From: Litorivivens sp.
GTDB taxonomy: Bacteria > Pseudomonadota > Gammaproteobacteria > Pseudomonadales > Spongiibacteraceae
Length of the DNA: 64,000 nucleotides
Direction of reading: 5' to 3'
Assembly (NCBI GenBank): GCA_041638115.1
Contig: JBFKXO010000001.1
Location: 1,693-65,692, forward strand
In this document: one piece after another, positions 39,517 to 49,447 of the stretch
Position numbering within the stretch: position 1 is the first letter of the stretch
How the letters are laid out: every line of letters starts with the position of its first letter
Program-made: the position numbers and the translations under genes
The notes under the pieces: model-generated
What the model was told of the DNA's origin: nothing
The model's input: the letters and a program-made list of their open reading frames with translations, nothing else
Databases searched by the model: none

Positions 39517-39951
39517 ATGATGGCAATTCGACGACATTTAATGTCCTGTGTGGGCGCGCTGTTGATTTTGGCGGCGGGTTCGGCGCAGGCAGAGCTGAAA
39601 ATTCACATCGACAAGAACCGTATTGGCTTTGTCCAGGCGTTCCTGGAGAACACGGGGCCGGAGGCGATCACGGTGGTGACGGATTCGCTGGAATACCAGC
39701 ACAGCGGCGATCGGGTGGATATTTCCCCGGAAATCAAACGCTGGAAGCGCGGTGACGGTGAGGTGATGCTGAAAAGCAGCTTGTTGCACTACGGCGCGGT
39801 AACGCTGCAACCGGGTGAAATCACCTACCTGCAGAGCCCGAATATCCGCGTGGTGAGCAAAGACATTGTGTATACCATTCCCGAGGAATGGGGCAAGCTG
39901 CACGGTACCTGGCACGGTCGTGTCGAGGTTAGCCTGCGGCCGGGCAAGTGA
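39517..39951 (+). CDS. Hypothetical exported protein
   Basis: Signal peptide ending AQA. Start uncertain. Confidence 0.65.
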   Translation: MMAIRRHLMSCVGALLILAAGSAQAELKIHIDKNRIGFVQAFLENTGPEAITVVTDSLEYQHSGDRVDISPEIKRWKRGDGEVMLKSSLLHYGAVTLQPGEITYLQSPNIRVVSKDIVYTIPEEWGKLHGTWHGRVEVSLRPGK

Positions 39952-39960
39952 GGGTGGATC

Positions 39961-40398
39961 ATGGATAATGCCGCGGCGGAAAACTATCTGGCACAGGCGG
40001 TATTGCCGCTGCGATTGGCGGTGACCGATGCCAGCGGCTGCCCGGTGGTGGCCTCGCACTGGTTTGAATTTCGCGACGCCGCCATTTACTGCGTGCTGCA
40101 CAAGAAATCGCTGATTGCGCGACGCTTGCAGCGTGACGGTCGCTGCGGCTTTGAAGTGGCCAGCGAAGCGCCGCCCTATCACGGCGCGCGCGGTCAGGGC
40201 ACTGCTGAGCTATTGAGTGAGGGCGCCGAGTCGCAGTTGCGCCGTTTGTTTGCGCGCTACGAGATTCGCGAGGATTCCGAACTGGCGCGTTGGCTGCTGG
40301 GCCGCGCTGCCGATGAGCGGCTGGTGAAAATTGTGCCCTCGCGTCTCTCTGCCTGGGATTACCGCGACCGTATGAAAGATGCGGTGGCGACCCGGTAA
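39961..40398 (+). CDS. Pyridoxamine 5'-phosphate oxidase-like FMN-binding protein
   Basis: PLRLA..G.P.VASHWF..CGFEVA...PPYHGARGQG..WDY..RM. Confidence 0.75.
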   Translation: MDNAAAENYLAQAVLPLRLAVTDASGCPVVASHWFEFRDAAIYCVLHKKSLIARRLQRDGRCGFEVASEAPPYHGARGQGTAELLSEGAESQLRRLFARYEIREDSELARWLLGRAADERLVKIVPSRLSAWDYRDRMKDAVATR

Positions 40399-40416
40399 TT
40401 GGTTAAAAGCCCTGCG

Positions 40417-40830
40417 ATGATTGAAATTTCCCGTGCCGTGTCCCTGCCTGAGAGCGAGCTTGAGCTGAGCGCTGTGCGTTCCCAAGGCGCGGGGGGCCAG
40501 AACGTGAACAAGGTGGCTACGGCCATTCACCTGCGCTTTGATATTGCGGCCTCCAGCCTGCCGGACTTTTATAAGAATCGCCTGCTGCAACTCAAAGACA
40601 AACGCGTCAGTGGTGACGGTGTTATCGTCATCAAGGCCCAGCGGTTTCGCACCCAGGAAAAGAACCGCGACGACGCCATTGCGCGCCTGGTAGAGCTGAT
40701 TCGCAGCGTCGCCGTCACCCAGAAGAAACGCATTCCCACCAAGGCCACCAAGAGCTCTCAGCGCAAGCGTATGGATTCCAAAACCAAGCGCGGCAGCACC
40801 AAGGCGCTGCGCGGAAAAGTCGATTACTGA
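40417..40830 (+). CDS. arfB: Alternative ribosome rescue factor B (YaeJ)
   Basis: RSQGAGGQNVNKV GGQ motif, basic tail RIPTKAT..KRGSTKALRG. Confidence 0.95.
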   Translation: MIEISRAVSLPESELELSAVRSQGAGGQNVNKVATAIHLRFDIAASSLPDFYKNRLLQLKDKRVSGDGVIVIKAQRFRTQEKNRDDAIARLVELIRSVAVTQKKRIPTKATKSSQRKRMDSKTKRGSTKALRGKVDY

Positions 40831-42053
40831 GCTGCGCGAATTTCGTTTAGCGCCGGGTCCAGCGGTTCTTTCAACACGCAGTAAGTACCGGCCTGATTAT
40901 AGATCTGGGCGACGCAGGCATTGCAGTTGTTGCAACCTGACTGGGTCACACTGCCGTCCTGAAAGTGGTTGACCAGCGCCGGATCATGCAACAGCACCCG
41001 GGCCATCGCCACCGCATCAAAGCCCTGGTCCATAGCCCTTTCCACATTGGCGAGGCTTTTCACGCCGCCGAGATAGGCCAGTGGCATGGAAACCCCGGCG
41101 CGCACCTTGCGCGAGTACTCTTCAAAATACATTTCCTTGAAGGTCAGGCCCTTGGGGGTGCCCGCAGCGGCGGCTTTCATCAGCAGGCGCTGCAGGGGCT
41201 GGCCTTTGAAGATTTCGGCGAAGGCTTCCTGATTCATGGGGCTGCCGAACATAAACCAGGTGGATTCCACATTGCGCCCGCCCGACAGCACCAGCATATC
41301 GGCACCGGCCGCTTCAAGTGCTTGCGCAGTGACCACGGCGTCGTCGGCGGTGGCGCCGCGCCTTACACCGTCGGCCACGTTGATCTTGGCCAGGACGGCC
41401 AGCTCGTCGCCAACCGCCGCTTTGACGGCACGTAACACCCGTGCGGGGAAGCGCACCCGGTTCTCGGCTGAGCCGCCGTACTCATCGGTACGCCGATTGC
41501 TCAAGGGCGAGATAAACTGGTTGAGCAGATAACCGTGGCCCATATGCACTTCCACCGCATCAAAACCCGCCTCCCGGGCCATGCGCGCGCCGTCGGCAAA
41601 CTGCTCAATGACCAGTGCCATATCCTTTTCATTCATCGCCCGCTGTAAAAAGTTGCCGTGAAACAGGCCGGCCACATTCAGGCCGCTGGAGGCGCTGATG
41701 GTGCGGTGGGGAACAAAGATACTGGTGACAAAGGAGCCGCCATGGGTGAGCTGCAGGGAAATCTTGCCGCCCTCGGCGTGCACCGCGTCAGTGATGGCTT
41801 TGAGGTGGGGCAGCACCTCCTGTCGCAGCCAGAGCTGGTCTGGCAGGGTGCGTCCGATTTTGGCGACCGCTGCGTAGGCCATGGTGGTCAGGGCGATGCC
41901 ACCTGCCGCGAGGTCCCGGTGGTGTTTGAGCAAGGCCCGGGTTGGAAACCCTTGGCGGTACATGTTCTCGTTGGCACCGGATTTGATAAACCGGTTTTTC
42001 AGGGTAATGGGGCCCAGTGTCAGTGGGCTGAACGGATCGGTATGAGACGACAT
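40824..42053 (-). CDS. NADH:flavin oxidoreductase (old yellow enzyme family)
   Basis: LKNRFIK, AGFDAVEVHMGHGYLLNQFISP, DEYGGS.ENR, CNNCNAC. Confidence 0.9.
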   Translation of the reverse strand: MSSHTDPFSPLTLGPITLKNRFIKSGANENMYRQGFPTRALLKHHRDLAAGGIALTTMAYAAVAKIGRTLPDQLWLRQEVLPHLKAITDAVHAEGGKISLQLTHGGSFVTSIFVPHRTISASSGLNVAGLFHGNFLQRAMNEKDMALVIEQFADGARMAREAGFDAVEVHMGHGYLLNQFISPLSNRRTDEYGGSAENRVRFPARVLRAVKAAVGDELAVLAKINVADGVRRGATADDAVVTAQALEAAGADMLVLSGGRNVESTWFMFGSPMNQEAFAEIFKGQPLQRLLMKAAAAGTPKGLTFKEMYFEEYSRKVRAGVSMPLAYLGGVKSLANVERAMDQGFDAVAMARVLLHDPALVNHFQDGSVTQSGCNNCNACVAQIYNQAGTYCVLKEPLDPALNEIRAAQ

Positions 42054-42139
42054 GACGAGCTCCGGCGCTATTATGGTTGTGCGGCACTTTGCACAGCACG
42101 TTAGCACAGGGGTTTTGCGGCCGGCATGCGCCGTTTGGA

Positions 42140-43054
42140 TTAATGCCGGCGAGCGTGACGCTTAACGGCGCGATTGTTCCAGGCGGCGGTGAGAGAATCG
42201 AGTATGGTGGGTACCCCGCCAGTGACCCAGCCGCCCAATACCGCCATGCCGGCTAGCGAGGTCAGGGTGGTCGACCAGTCGAGCCAGGCCGCGGCGCGCT
42301 GCAAGGTGGCAATCATCAGCAGCACCATCAGCAGGCCCAACACTAGTCGGGCCAGCCGCACCGGCCAGGAGATCAGATGGTCGAGGCCGGGCGGGTGGAG
42401 AATGCCCACCAGCGCGCAGCCCAGGAAAAAACCAATACTGCCGGTAATCAGCATATCGTGCAGGTAAAACCCGGCAAAGGCCCACATCAGCGTGGTGGCA
42501 GCGAGGGTGCAGGCCAACTGCATCAGTTTGCCGTGCGTTACCAGATAGTCTTCCAGTTGCGGCTCCCAGCGCCACACCGCGTAAACGGTAGCAAAGCCCA
42601 GCAGCCAGCCGCAGGCAATATCCAGCGGAAAATTGGCGCCCAGGTACAGCGTGGCGGCGGCGCTGAACGCAATCATCAGCGCGGCTAGGGTCCACATCAG
42701 CCAGTGGCGAAAGTGCATCGCCAGCATCCCCCAGTACACCGCTGCGAGCTGGGCGTGACCGCTGGGGAAACTGTAGCCGGCGGTGGCGCCGATAATCTGG
42801 GGGACCTGCGCGGCGGGGCGGGTGGTATCAAACAGATTGCCGAGCAGACTGTTGAGGAACAGCGACAAGCCGAACACGATGGCCAGTCGCATGCCCAGAC
42901 GCTGCTGGATGCAAAATACCACTGCCGGCAGCAGAATCAGATAGCCGTGGGCGCCAAGCCAACCCAAGGCCTGCATGGGCAGGGCGATCAGGGGCGAGTG
43001 AAACTGCTGAAGCCAGAGAATAAGGTCGGCTCCCCAGCTCAACTCCTGTCCCAT
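42140..43054 (-). CDS. PAP2 superfamily membrane protein with degenerate catalytic motifs
   Basis: RP..GYSFPSGHAQ retained. C3 motif reads AATLYLGANFPLD (no R/H). Multiple TM helices. Confidence 0.75.
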   Translation of the reverse strand: MGQELSWGADLILWLQQFHSPLIALPMQALGWLGAHGYLILLPAVVFCIQQRLGMRLAIVFGLSLFLNSLLGNLFDTTRPAAQVPQIIGATAGYSFPSGHAQLAAVYWGMLAMHFRHWLMWTLAALMIAFSAAATLYLGANFPLDIACGWLLGFATVYAVWRWEPQLEDYLVTHGKLMQLACTLAATTLMWAFAGFYLHDMLITGSIGFFLGCALVGILHPPGLDHLISWPVRLARLVLGLLMVLLMIATLQRAAAWLDWSTTLTSLAGMAVLGGWVTGGVPTILDSLTAAWNNRAVKRHARRH

Positions 43055-43172
43055 TCTTCCCCCTGTAATTAGCGTGTGGCGCACGTGAGCGGCTATTCTA
43101 CGGTCTGGCTACGGGCTTAGAAAGAGACCGCACGGTAAGACCTAAGAAAGACGGGCAATAAAGAGACTGCTG

Positions 43173-44267
43173 ATGCCACAACCCTATCGTTCCATAACCG
43201 CGCAGACCTTGCACTACTACAGCCGGCCCCATCAGCGTGTGCCGCGCGTGCCAATTGTCAGCGAGGCGGCCTGGTACGGGGGCGAACTGCGTCACCGCCA
43301 AGACTGGATTCACGTACTGAGCGCTGAGGAGCTGGCCGAGTGCGAGACTGCATTGAGCGCCCTTCGTGCCAGCGGCAAGGCGTTGCAGGATTTGCGCGCC
43401 AGCGATTTTCCCCTGCCGTTGTTGACGCGACAGATCGCCGATTGGCGGCGTACCTTGAGCCACGGTCGCGGTTTTGTGCTAATCCGTGGGCTGCCCGTAG
43501 AGCGCTGGGGCGAGGCGGATTGCGAGCGCTTTTTCTGGTGCCTGGGGTGGCATCTGGGGTTGCCCGGTGCCCAGAATCGCTTCGGCGAACTGCTGGGCCA
43601 CGTGTGCGATACCGGGGTTGATCCCAATGATCCCTCCGTGCGCGAATATCGCACCAATGTGAAAATCAGTTTTCACTGCGACGCCGCCGATGTGGTTGGT
43701 TTGTTGTGCCTGAAAACCGCTCGGCGCGGTGGCGACAGTCGTATTGCCAGCTCAGTGACAATTTTCAATGAGCTGTTGAAACAGGGCCTGCCGGTCGAAC
43801 GCTTGTTTCAGCCCTTTCAACTGGACGCCCACGCCGAGGGCGGTTTGCAGACCTTCCCGGTCAAACCCTGCCGCTTCCACGATGGGGTATTGCGCACCTT
43901 TTATCACAGTGGGTATTTCCGCAGCGCCGAACGCTACGAGGGTATCGCACCGCTCACCCCTGACGAGCGCGCACTACTTGATGCCTATGACCGCGTCGCC
44001 GATGACCCAGCTATTCATCTGGATATGTCCTTGCAAAGCGGTGACATTCAGTTGTGTTCGAACCACACCATCGTGCATTCGCGCACGGCCTATGAAGATC
44101 ACGCGGACCCCGATAAACGCAGACACCTGCTGCGGCTCTGGCTGTCCTTGCCGGAACCGGTCGGTGCGGGCTATCGCGCTCGCAAAACGCTGGAGAAACT
44201 GCGATTGATTAGGGTGTTGCTCGGCGAGCGCTGGCGCCAGCGTGGACGTATTACACACACCGTGTAG
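43173..44267 (+). CDS. TauD/TfdA family 2OG-Fe(II) dioxygenase
   Basis: FHCDAADVVGLLCL, GDIQLCSNHTIVHSRTAYED, RHLLRLWL. Confidence 0.88.
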   Translation: MPQPYRSITAQTLHYYSRPHQRVPRVPIVSEAAWYGGELRHRQDWIHVLSAEELAECETALSALRASGKALQDLRASDFPLPLLTRQIADWRRTLSHGRGFVLIRGLPVERWGEADCERFFWCLGWHLGLPGAQNRFGELLGHVCDTGVDPNDPSVREYRTNVKISFHCDAADVVGLLCLKTARRGGDSRIASSVTIFNELLKQGLPVERLFQPFQLDAHAEGGLQTFPVKPCRFHDGVLRTFYHSGYFRSAERYEGIAPLTPDERALLDAYDRVADDPAIHLDMSLQSGDIQLCSNHTIVHSRTAYEDHADPDKRRHLLRLWLSLPEPVGAGYRARKTLEKLRLIRVLLGERWRQRGRITHTV

Positions 44268-44341
44268 GTGAAACACCGGATAACCAAAAGCTCTTTATTG
44301 CGCTGATACTGAATTCAGGCATCGGGATAAGGAGCCGTCAG

Positions 44342-44479
44342 ATGCAACTCTTCAAAGCCTGTGTGATTGCTATCGCTGTGTTATGTGTTCTTGCGCTGGG
44401 GTTCGTTTGGGCCTGGTGTCTGGGGCCAAAACCAAGCCGTCTGCAAAACGCTTCACAAAATCCGGAATCTACCCCGTAA
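44342..44479 (+). CDS. Small single-TM protein (45 aa), MQLFKACVIAIAVLCVLALGFVWAWCLGPKPSRLQNASQNPESTP
   Basis: Read manually, below the ORF-track cutoff. TAAGGAG RBS 7 nt upstream, hydrophobic helix. Confidence 0.6.
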   Translation: MQLFKACVIAIAVLCVLALGFVWAWCLGPKPSRLQNASQNPESTP

Positions 44480-44548
44480 GGGTTTTTCCGAATGCTCGAC
44501 CAAGGCGCGCTTCGTTACAGTAGGGATATTGTTAAAGAGGTGTTCGAC

Positions 44549-44653
44549 ATGCTGTCTTCCCTAATGTTACTGAGCTTGGCTTTGGCACTGTCTGCAGTGG
44601 ACTACCTGCTAATCAGCGGACGAATCGCGGCAAGGCGTTGCTGCGCCCGCTGA
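44549..44653 (+). CDS. Small hydrophobic protein (34 aa), MLSSLMLLSLALALSAVDYLLISGRIAARRCCAR
   Basis: Read manually. AAGAGG RBS, hydrophobic N-terminus, basic tail. Confidence 0.45.
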   Translation: MLSSLMLLSLALALSAVDYLLISGRIAARRCCAR

Positions 44654-44657
44654 TGTT

Positions 44658-44795
44658 ATGAGTGTCTTTGAATTGATTCTTTGTCTCGCCATTTTTGGCA
44701 TTTTTTCCTGCGCCGGGCTGCTGATCGTGCGCGGCGGTAATCTTTCTCACGCCGCCCAGCAACGCGCTCCGGATTCTCCTGCGCGTCGCCTGTAG
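44658..44795 (+). CDS. Small single-TM protein (45 aa), MSVFELILCLAIFGIFSCAGLLIVRGGNLSHAAQQRAPDSPARRL
   Basis: Read manually. Starts 4 nt after the previous stop, ends 9 nt before the mscS stop, hydrophobic helix. Confidence 0.5.
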   Translation: MSVFELILCLAIFGIFSCAGLLIVRGGNLSHAAQQRAPDSPARRL

Positions 44796-44804
44796 GCCCT
44801 CACC

Positions 44805-45659
44805 TTAGCTCTGTTCGGCACCGAGCAGGCGCACTTCCCGTTGCGGGAAAGCAATCACAATATCCGACTCCCGAAGGGCGTTCAGCAAGGCCTGATTCAC
44901 GCTAAAACGCAGCGAATGATAGCGCTGGGTGGGCAGCCAGAAGCGCACGCCAATGTTGATGGAACTGTCGGCAAACTCATCAATCCCCACTTGCGAATTG
45001 CTGGCATCAACATCCGGTAGATCATCCAGCACCTTGCGCACCACGCGTAAGGCTTTATCGATATCGGTATCATAGGCGACGCCAAGGATAGTTTGCGCCA
45101 GCTTGGTTTCGTGGGAGTTGTGGATGATTTCGCCAATGATGTGACGGTTGGGAATGAGGATGCGAACCTTGTCTTCGTCTTCGAGCAGGGTGTAGGCCAG
45201 TTTGATCTCCTCAACCACCCCCGTCACACCCTGAACGGTGATGGTGTCGCCCACCACAAAGGGACGCACAATAATAATATTCAGGCCGGCGCTGTAATTG
45301 CTAAGCAGGCCCTGAATGGCCAGACCCGCGCCCAGCGAGATGGCGCCCACGGCCGCCAGAAACGGCCCGATAGAAATGCCGATTTTACCAAGGCAGATGA
45401 TCGCCACGATAAAGATGACCGAGATCTTGGCGACATTACCGATAAAGCGGCTGAGGGTCACATCGATATGGTGGCGGGTGCACAGCCGGGTCACCATCGC
45501 GCCAAAACGGTTGGCAATAAACAGACCGATGATCAGAATGATCAGCGCGCCGATCAGCTGGAAGCTGTAGTTCACAAAAAACTGAACTATCTGATCGTAG
45601 ATTTTCTGGAAATCCTTGAGTTCGTCCGTCATCCGCTCGATCCATTGGTTTTCAGGCAT
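44805..45659 (-). CDS. mscS: Small-conductance mechanosensitive channel
   Basis: LGAGLAIQGLLSNYSAG..RPFVVGD..IPN..GVAYDTD..FADSSIN..FPQREV. Confidence 0.9.
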   Translation of the reverse strand: MPENQWIERMTDELKDFQKIYDQIVQFFVNYSFQLIGALIILIIGLFIANRFGAMVTRLCTRHHIDVTLSRFIGNVAKISVIFIVAIICLGKIGISIGPFLAAVGAISLGAGLAIQGLLSNYSAGLNIIIVRPFVVGDTITVQGVTGVVEEIKLAYTLLEDEDKVRILIPNRHIIGEIIHNSHETKLAQTILGVAYDTDIDKALRVVRKVLDDLPDVDASNSQVGIDEFADSSINIGVRFWLPTQRYHSLRFSVNQALLNALRESDIVIAFPQREVRLLGAEQS

Positions 45660-45704
45660 GATGAAATGAATCCTCGTGCGGGTAAAGGTGAAATGACGGC
45701 GGTG

Positions 45705-47078
45705 CTACTGCACCGCCTTGAACATGGCGATGGCATGTTCGCGCGCCTGCTTGTGATCCACAATGGGGGTGGGATAATTTTCCTGTGAAGGCGGCTGGTG
45801 AATCTGGCGCGAATTCAGCTCCGCAAGCTCTGGCACAAACTCACGGATAAAGTGCCCGTTGGGATCGAAACGCTGGCCCTGGGTGGTGGGGTTAAAGACG
45901 CGGAAGTAGGGTGCGGCATCGGTGCCGGTGGACGCGGCCCACTGCCAGCCGCCATTGTTGGCGGCAAACTCTCCGTCGATCAGCTGGCTCATAAAATACT
46001 GTTCACCCCAGCGCCAGTCGATATGCAGATCTTTCACCAGAAAGCTTGCGGTGATCATGCGCAGCCGGTTGTGCATCCAGCCGGTCTGTTTCAATTGACG
46101 CATGCCGGCATCCACAATCGGAAAGCCGGTCTTGCCCTCACACCAGGCCTCAAAATCCTGTTTACTTGTGTTCCAGCGGATATTGTCGGTTTCCGGTTTA
46201 TAAGCCTTTCCCTTCACAACGCGCGGAAAGTGGTAGGCCACATGCTGGTAAAACTCGCGCCAGATCAGCTCATTCAACCAGGTGTCGGCACCGTCAGACC
46301 GGGTGTGTTCCGCCCGCAGTCGTGCTAGGCATTGCCGGGGCGATAGCAGGCCGATTGCCAGCGCTGCCGACAGCCGTGAGGTGCCCGCCACGGCGGGAAA
46401 GTCGCGTTGTTTTGCATAGTCTTCTACCGTCTCGCTGCAGAAGCTGCGCAATTGTTTGAGCGCTGCGTCTTCGTCGGCGGGCCAGCCGTCGATATCGGCG
46501 CGCTCGCAAAACCGCTTGAAGGGCCGGGGGCTTGGCAAGGCATCACCCAGCGCACGGGGCCGGCGCAGGGGGCTGGGGTCACGTTCGGCCAGCGCGGCTT
46601 TCCAGGCTTTGGCAAACGGCGTAAACACCTTGTATGGCTCGCCGCTGCCATTGAGCACGGTGCCCGGTTCCATCAGCAAGCGATCGTGATGCCAGTGGCA
46701 GGGAATCTCGAGTGCGGCGTCGACCGCTTCGTCGCGCCGTATTTCATTGAGCAGGTATTCGCGGTTGGCAAACAGGGCGCTGGCGGCGTGCTTTTTCGCA
46801 TACAGGCCAAGCTGGTCAGGCACCTCGTTAAAGGTGTCGCCGTTTATCACGTCCAGCGCGATGCCCAGCTTTGCGAGCGTTTCCTGCAGTGCATTGAGGG
46901 CGGCTGCAATCAGGTTTTGCTGACGCAGTGAGGTGTGGTGCTGCTGCCATTGGCCGGGGGTGGTGATAAATACGGCGCGCAGCGGCTCATTGTGTTCGCG
47001 GGCGTGGCGGGCGGCGTGGACCAGTGCTGTATTGTCGAGGCTGCGCAGGTCGTTGCGAAACCAGATCAGGGTTGTCAT
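45705..47078 (-). CDS. phrB: Deoxyribodipyrimidine photolyase
   Basis: WFRNDLRSLDN, TSRLS, ELIWREFY, GWMHNRLRM, NNGGWQW, PYFRVFNP. Confidence 0.95.
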   Translation of the reverse strand: MTTLIWFRNDLRSLDNTALVHAARHAREHNEPLRAVFITTPGQWQQHHTSLRQQNLIAAALNALQETLAKLGIALDVINGDTFNEVPDQLGLYAKKHAASALFANREYLLNEIRRDEAVDAALEIPCHWHHDRLLMEPGTVLNGSGEPYKVFTPFAKAWKAALAERDPSPLRRPRALGDALPSPRPFKRFCERADIDGWPADEDAALKQLRSFCSETVEDYAKQRDFPAVAGTSRLSAALAIGLLSPRQCLARLRAEHTRSDGADTWLNELIWREFYQHVAYHFPRVVKGKAYKPETDNIRWNTSKQDFEAWCEGKTGFPIVDAGMRQLKQTGWMHNRLRMITASFLVKDLHIDWRWGEQYFMSQLIDGEFAANNGGWQWAASTGTDAAPYFRVFNPTTQGQRFDPNGHFIREFVPELAELNSRQIHQPPSQENYPTPIVDHKQAREHAIAMFKAVQ

Positions 47079-48031
47079 AGGCCGTAGCGCAGCTTCAGGT
47101 CTTCGGGGTAGGGCTGGAAGTAATACTGATCAAGCAGGTAGTCGACCTGATATTTTTCCGCGTAGCGCTGTAGTAGGGCAAGCGGGACCAGCAGCGGCAG
47201 GGTGCCGGTGCGGTATTTGTCGATCTGGCTGCTCAAATCCTGCCGCTCCTCGCTATCCAGATGCTCTTTAAGAAAACCCTGCATATGCATCAGGCTGTTG
47301 GTGTGGTTGCTGCGGCTGGCAGGCTTGGCCAGGGCGCCCATAAAACGCTCGAAATATTGGCTGGCGCTGGCTTCCAGGTCGGTGCTGGCATCGGCCACCA
47401 GCGGGCCAAGCTCGCGGTAGATGGATTGATTGTGGGCCAGCAGCAGAAATTTGTGGCGGCGATGAAATGCCTGCAGACCCGCAGCGTTCAGGCCGTCGCG
47501 ATTCAGTTCCTGCCAGCGGCGATAGGCAATCACACGCAGCACAAAATTCTCCCGCAGCAGCGGATCGTTAAGGCGGCCGTTTTCCTCCACCGGCAGCAGC
47601 GGCAGTTTTTCCATCAAGCGTGCGGTAAAGGCACCCGCGCCGATTTTCCCCAGGCCGTTGCCGTTTTCTTTCACCACGGGCACACGCTCCATGCCGCAGC
47701 TGGGCGATTTGGCACAGACCACATAGCCGCTGATAAAGGGGGCTTCGTCGACGGTGGTGTCGGCCACCGCCGCCAATTGATCGGTCACGTCGAAATCGTT
47801 GTCTTCACTGCGTCGTACCCGAATTTGCTCAGCGCTGTTTTGAATCAGGCGCAGGGTCGGGCGGGGCGTGCCCAGACCGATGGCCATCTCCGGGCACACC
47901 GGGTAAAACTCAAAATGGCGGCTTAGCTCCCGCGAGGCAAAGGGCAGATTTTTGTGGCCACCGTCGTAGCGTACTTCCTGTCCCAGCAGGCAGCTGCTGA
48001 TACCCAGGGTGATCGTCTCTGGTAAGTTCAT
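47075..48031 (-). CDS. DUF523/DUF1722 (YbgA-like) protein
   Basis: ISSCLLGQEVRYDGGHK, CPEMAIGLGTPR, KSPSCGMERV, EENGRLND. Coupled to phrB. Confidence 0.9.
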   Translation of the reverse strand: MNLPETITLGISSCLLGQEVRYDGGHKNLPFASRELSRHFEFYPVCPEMAIGLGTPRPTLRLIQNSAEQIRVRRSEDNDFDVTDQLAAVADTTVDEAPFISGYVVCAKSPSCGMERVPVVKENGNGLGKIGAGAFTARLMEKLPLLPVEENGRLNDPLLRENFVLRVIAYRRWQELNRDGLNAAGLQAFHRRHKFLLLAHNQSIYRELGPLVADASTDLEASASQYFERFMGALAKPASRSNHTNSLMHMQGFLKEHLDSEERQDLSSQIDKYRTGTLPLLVPLALLQRYAEKYQVDYLLDQYYFQPYPEDLKLRYGL

Positions 48032-48151
48032 GGTTTTTTTGTGTTCCCTACTAGTACGATGGAATACGCGTGCAGGTAGACATCGGATGACGTGGCCCAC
48101 ATGCTCTGTGCAACCCTAGACTACCTGCATAAACAATAAAAAGAATAGGCC

Positions 48152-49423
48152 ATGAATTCATATCGCGCTGACCGGCATGCCTGGTACGCCTTGTCGGTTC
48201 TGACCATCGTATATGCCTTCAATTTTATCGACCGGCAGCTACTGGCGATCTTGCAGGAGGCGATCAAGGCCGATCTGGGTCTCAGCGACAGTCAGCTGGG
48301 GTTGCTTACCGGCTTTGCCTTTGCCCTGTTTTACGTGACCGCCGGCATTCCCATTGCCCGTTGGGCCGATCGCAGTAATCGCCGCAATATAGTGGCGGCC
48401 TCGCTGGCGGTGTGGAGTTTCATGACGGCCATCAGCGGCCTGGTACAGAACTACGCCCAACTGCTGCTGGCGCGGGTGGGTGTGGGCGTGGGTGAAGCCG
48501 GTGGCAGCCCGCCCTCGCACTCGATGATTTCCGATATGTTCCCCCCGGAACAGCGTGCGGGAGCGCTGGGTTTTTACTCCACCGGGGTCAGCATCGGCAT
48601 ACTGTTTGGCTTTTTGCTCGGCGGCTGGCTCAACGAATATTTTGGCTGGCGCACTGCCTTTATGGTGGTGGGCGCGCCGGGGGTGGTGCTGGCGCTGGTG
48701 GTGTTTTTTACCCTGAAAGAGCCCAGGCGCGGCTTGTCGGAAGCGCGTGAACTGTCGGCGGACAAGGTCAGTCTCGGTGATGTGGTAGCGCTGTTATGGC
48801 AGCGCAAAACCTTCCGTCATATGGCCTTTGCCGCATCCCTTTATGCCTTTGCCGGCTACGCCACCGCGAACTGGACGGCGTCATTTATGATCCGTTCTCA
48901 CGGCATGAGTACCGGGGAGCTGGGTAGTTGGCTGGCGCTGATTATCGGGGTGGGCGGTGCAGTCGGTGTGCTGGGTGGCGGTGTGCTGGCCGATCGGCTC
49001 GGGGCGGTCGATGACCGTTGGTATCTGTGGCTCCCGGCCCTGGTCGGTGTATTCGCCACGCCCTTCGCGGCGGCTGTATATCTGATGCCCAGTGCGGGGC
49101 TGGCGCTGGCGTTAATGGTTTTGCCGGCAATACTGTCCAATGTCTATCTCGGGATCTCGATCGCCACCAGCCATCGGCTGGTGGGCCTGCAGATGCGCGC
49201 GACGGCCTCGGCAATTCTATTTTTTGTCATCAATATTATCGGGCTGGGCGGTGGACCCTGGGTGGTAGGGCTGGTCAGTGATGTGCTGGCGGCGAGTCAT
49301 GGTCTGGAATCACTGCGCCTGGCCATGCTGTATGTGGTGCCGCCGGTGATGGTCTGGTCGGCGACGCATTTCTATCTGGCGTCGCGTACCCTTAAAGCCG
49401 ATCTGGCGGCAGCGCCGCGCTGA
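48152..49423 (+). CDS. MFS transporter, spinster-like
   Basis: FNFIDRQLL.IL.EAIKADLGLSDSQLG, ARWADR.NRRN, GVGVGEAGGSPPSHSMISD. Confidence 0.9.
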   Translation: MNSYRADRHAWYALSVLTIVYAFNFIDRQLLAILQEAIKADLGLSDSQLGLLTGFAFALFYVTAGIPIARWADRSNRRNIVAASLAVWSFMTAISGLVQNYAQLLLARVGVGVGEAGGSPPSHSMISDMFPPEQRAGALGFYSTGVSIGILFGFLLGGWLNEYFGWRTAFMVVGAPGVVLALVVFFTLKEPRRGLSEARELSADKVSLGDVVALLWQRKTFRHMAFAASLYAFAGYATANWTASFMIRSHGMSTGELGSWLALIIGVGGAVGVLGGGVLADRLGAVDDRWYLWLPALVGVFATPFAAAVYLMPSAGLALALMVLPAILSNVYLGISIATSHRLVGLQMRATASAILFFVINIIGLGGGPWVVGLVSDVLAASHGLESLRLAMLYVVPPVMVWSATHFYLASRTLKADLAAAPR

Positions 49424-49447
49424 GTAGTTTGAGTATAAGGGCGGTGA

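Noticed and set aside
44367-44564. 65-aa ORF from the track
   Set aside because: No RBS and not protein-like. The overlapping frame 44342..44479 has a strong RBS and a TM helix
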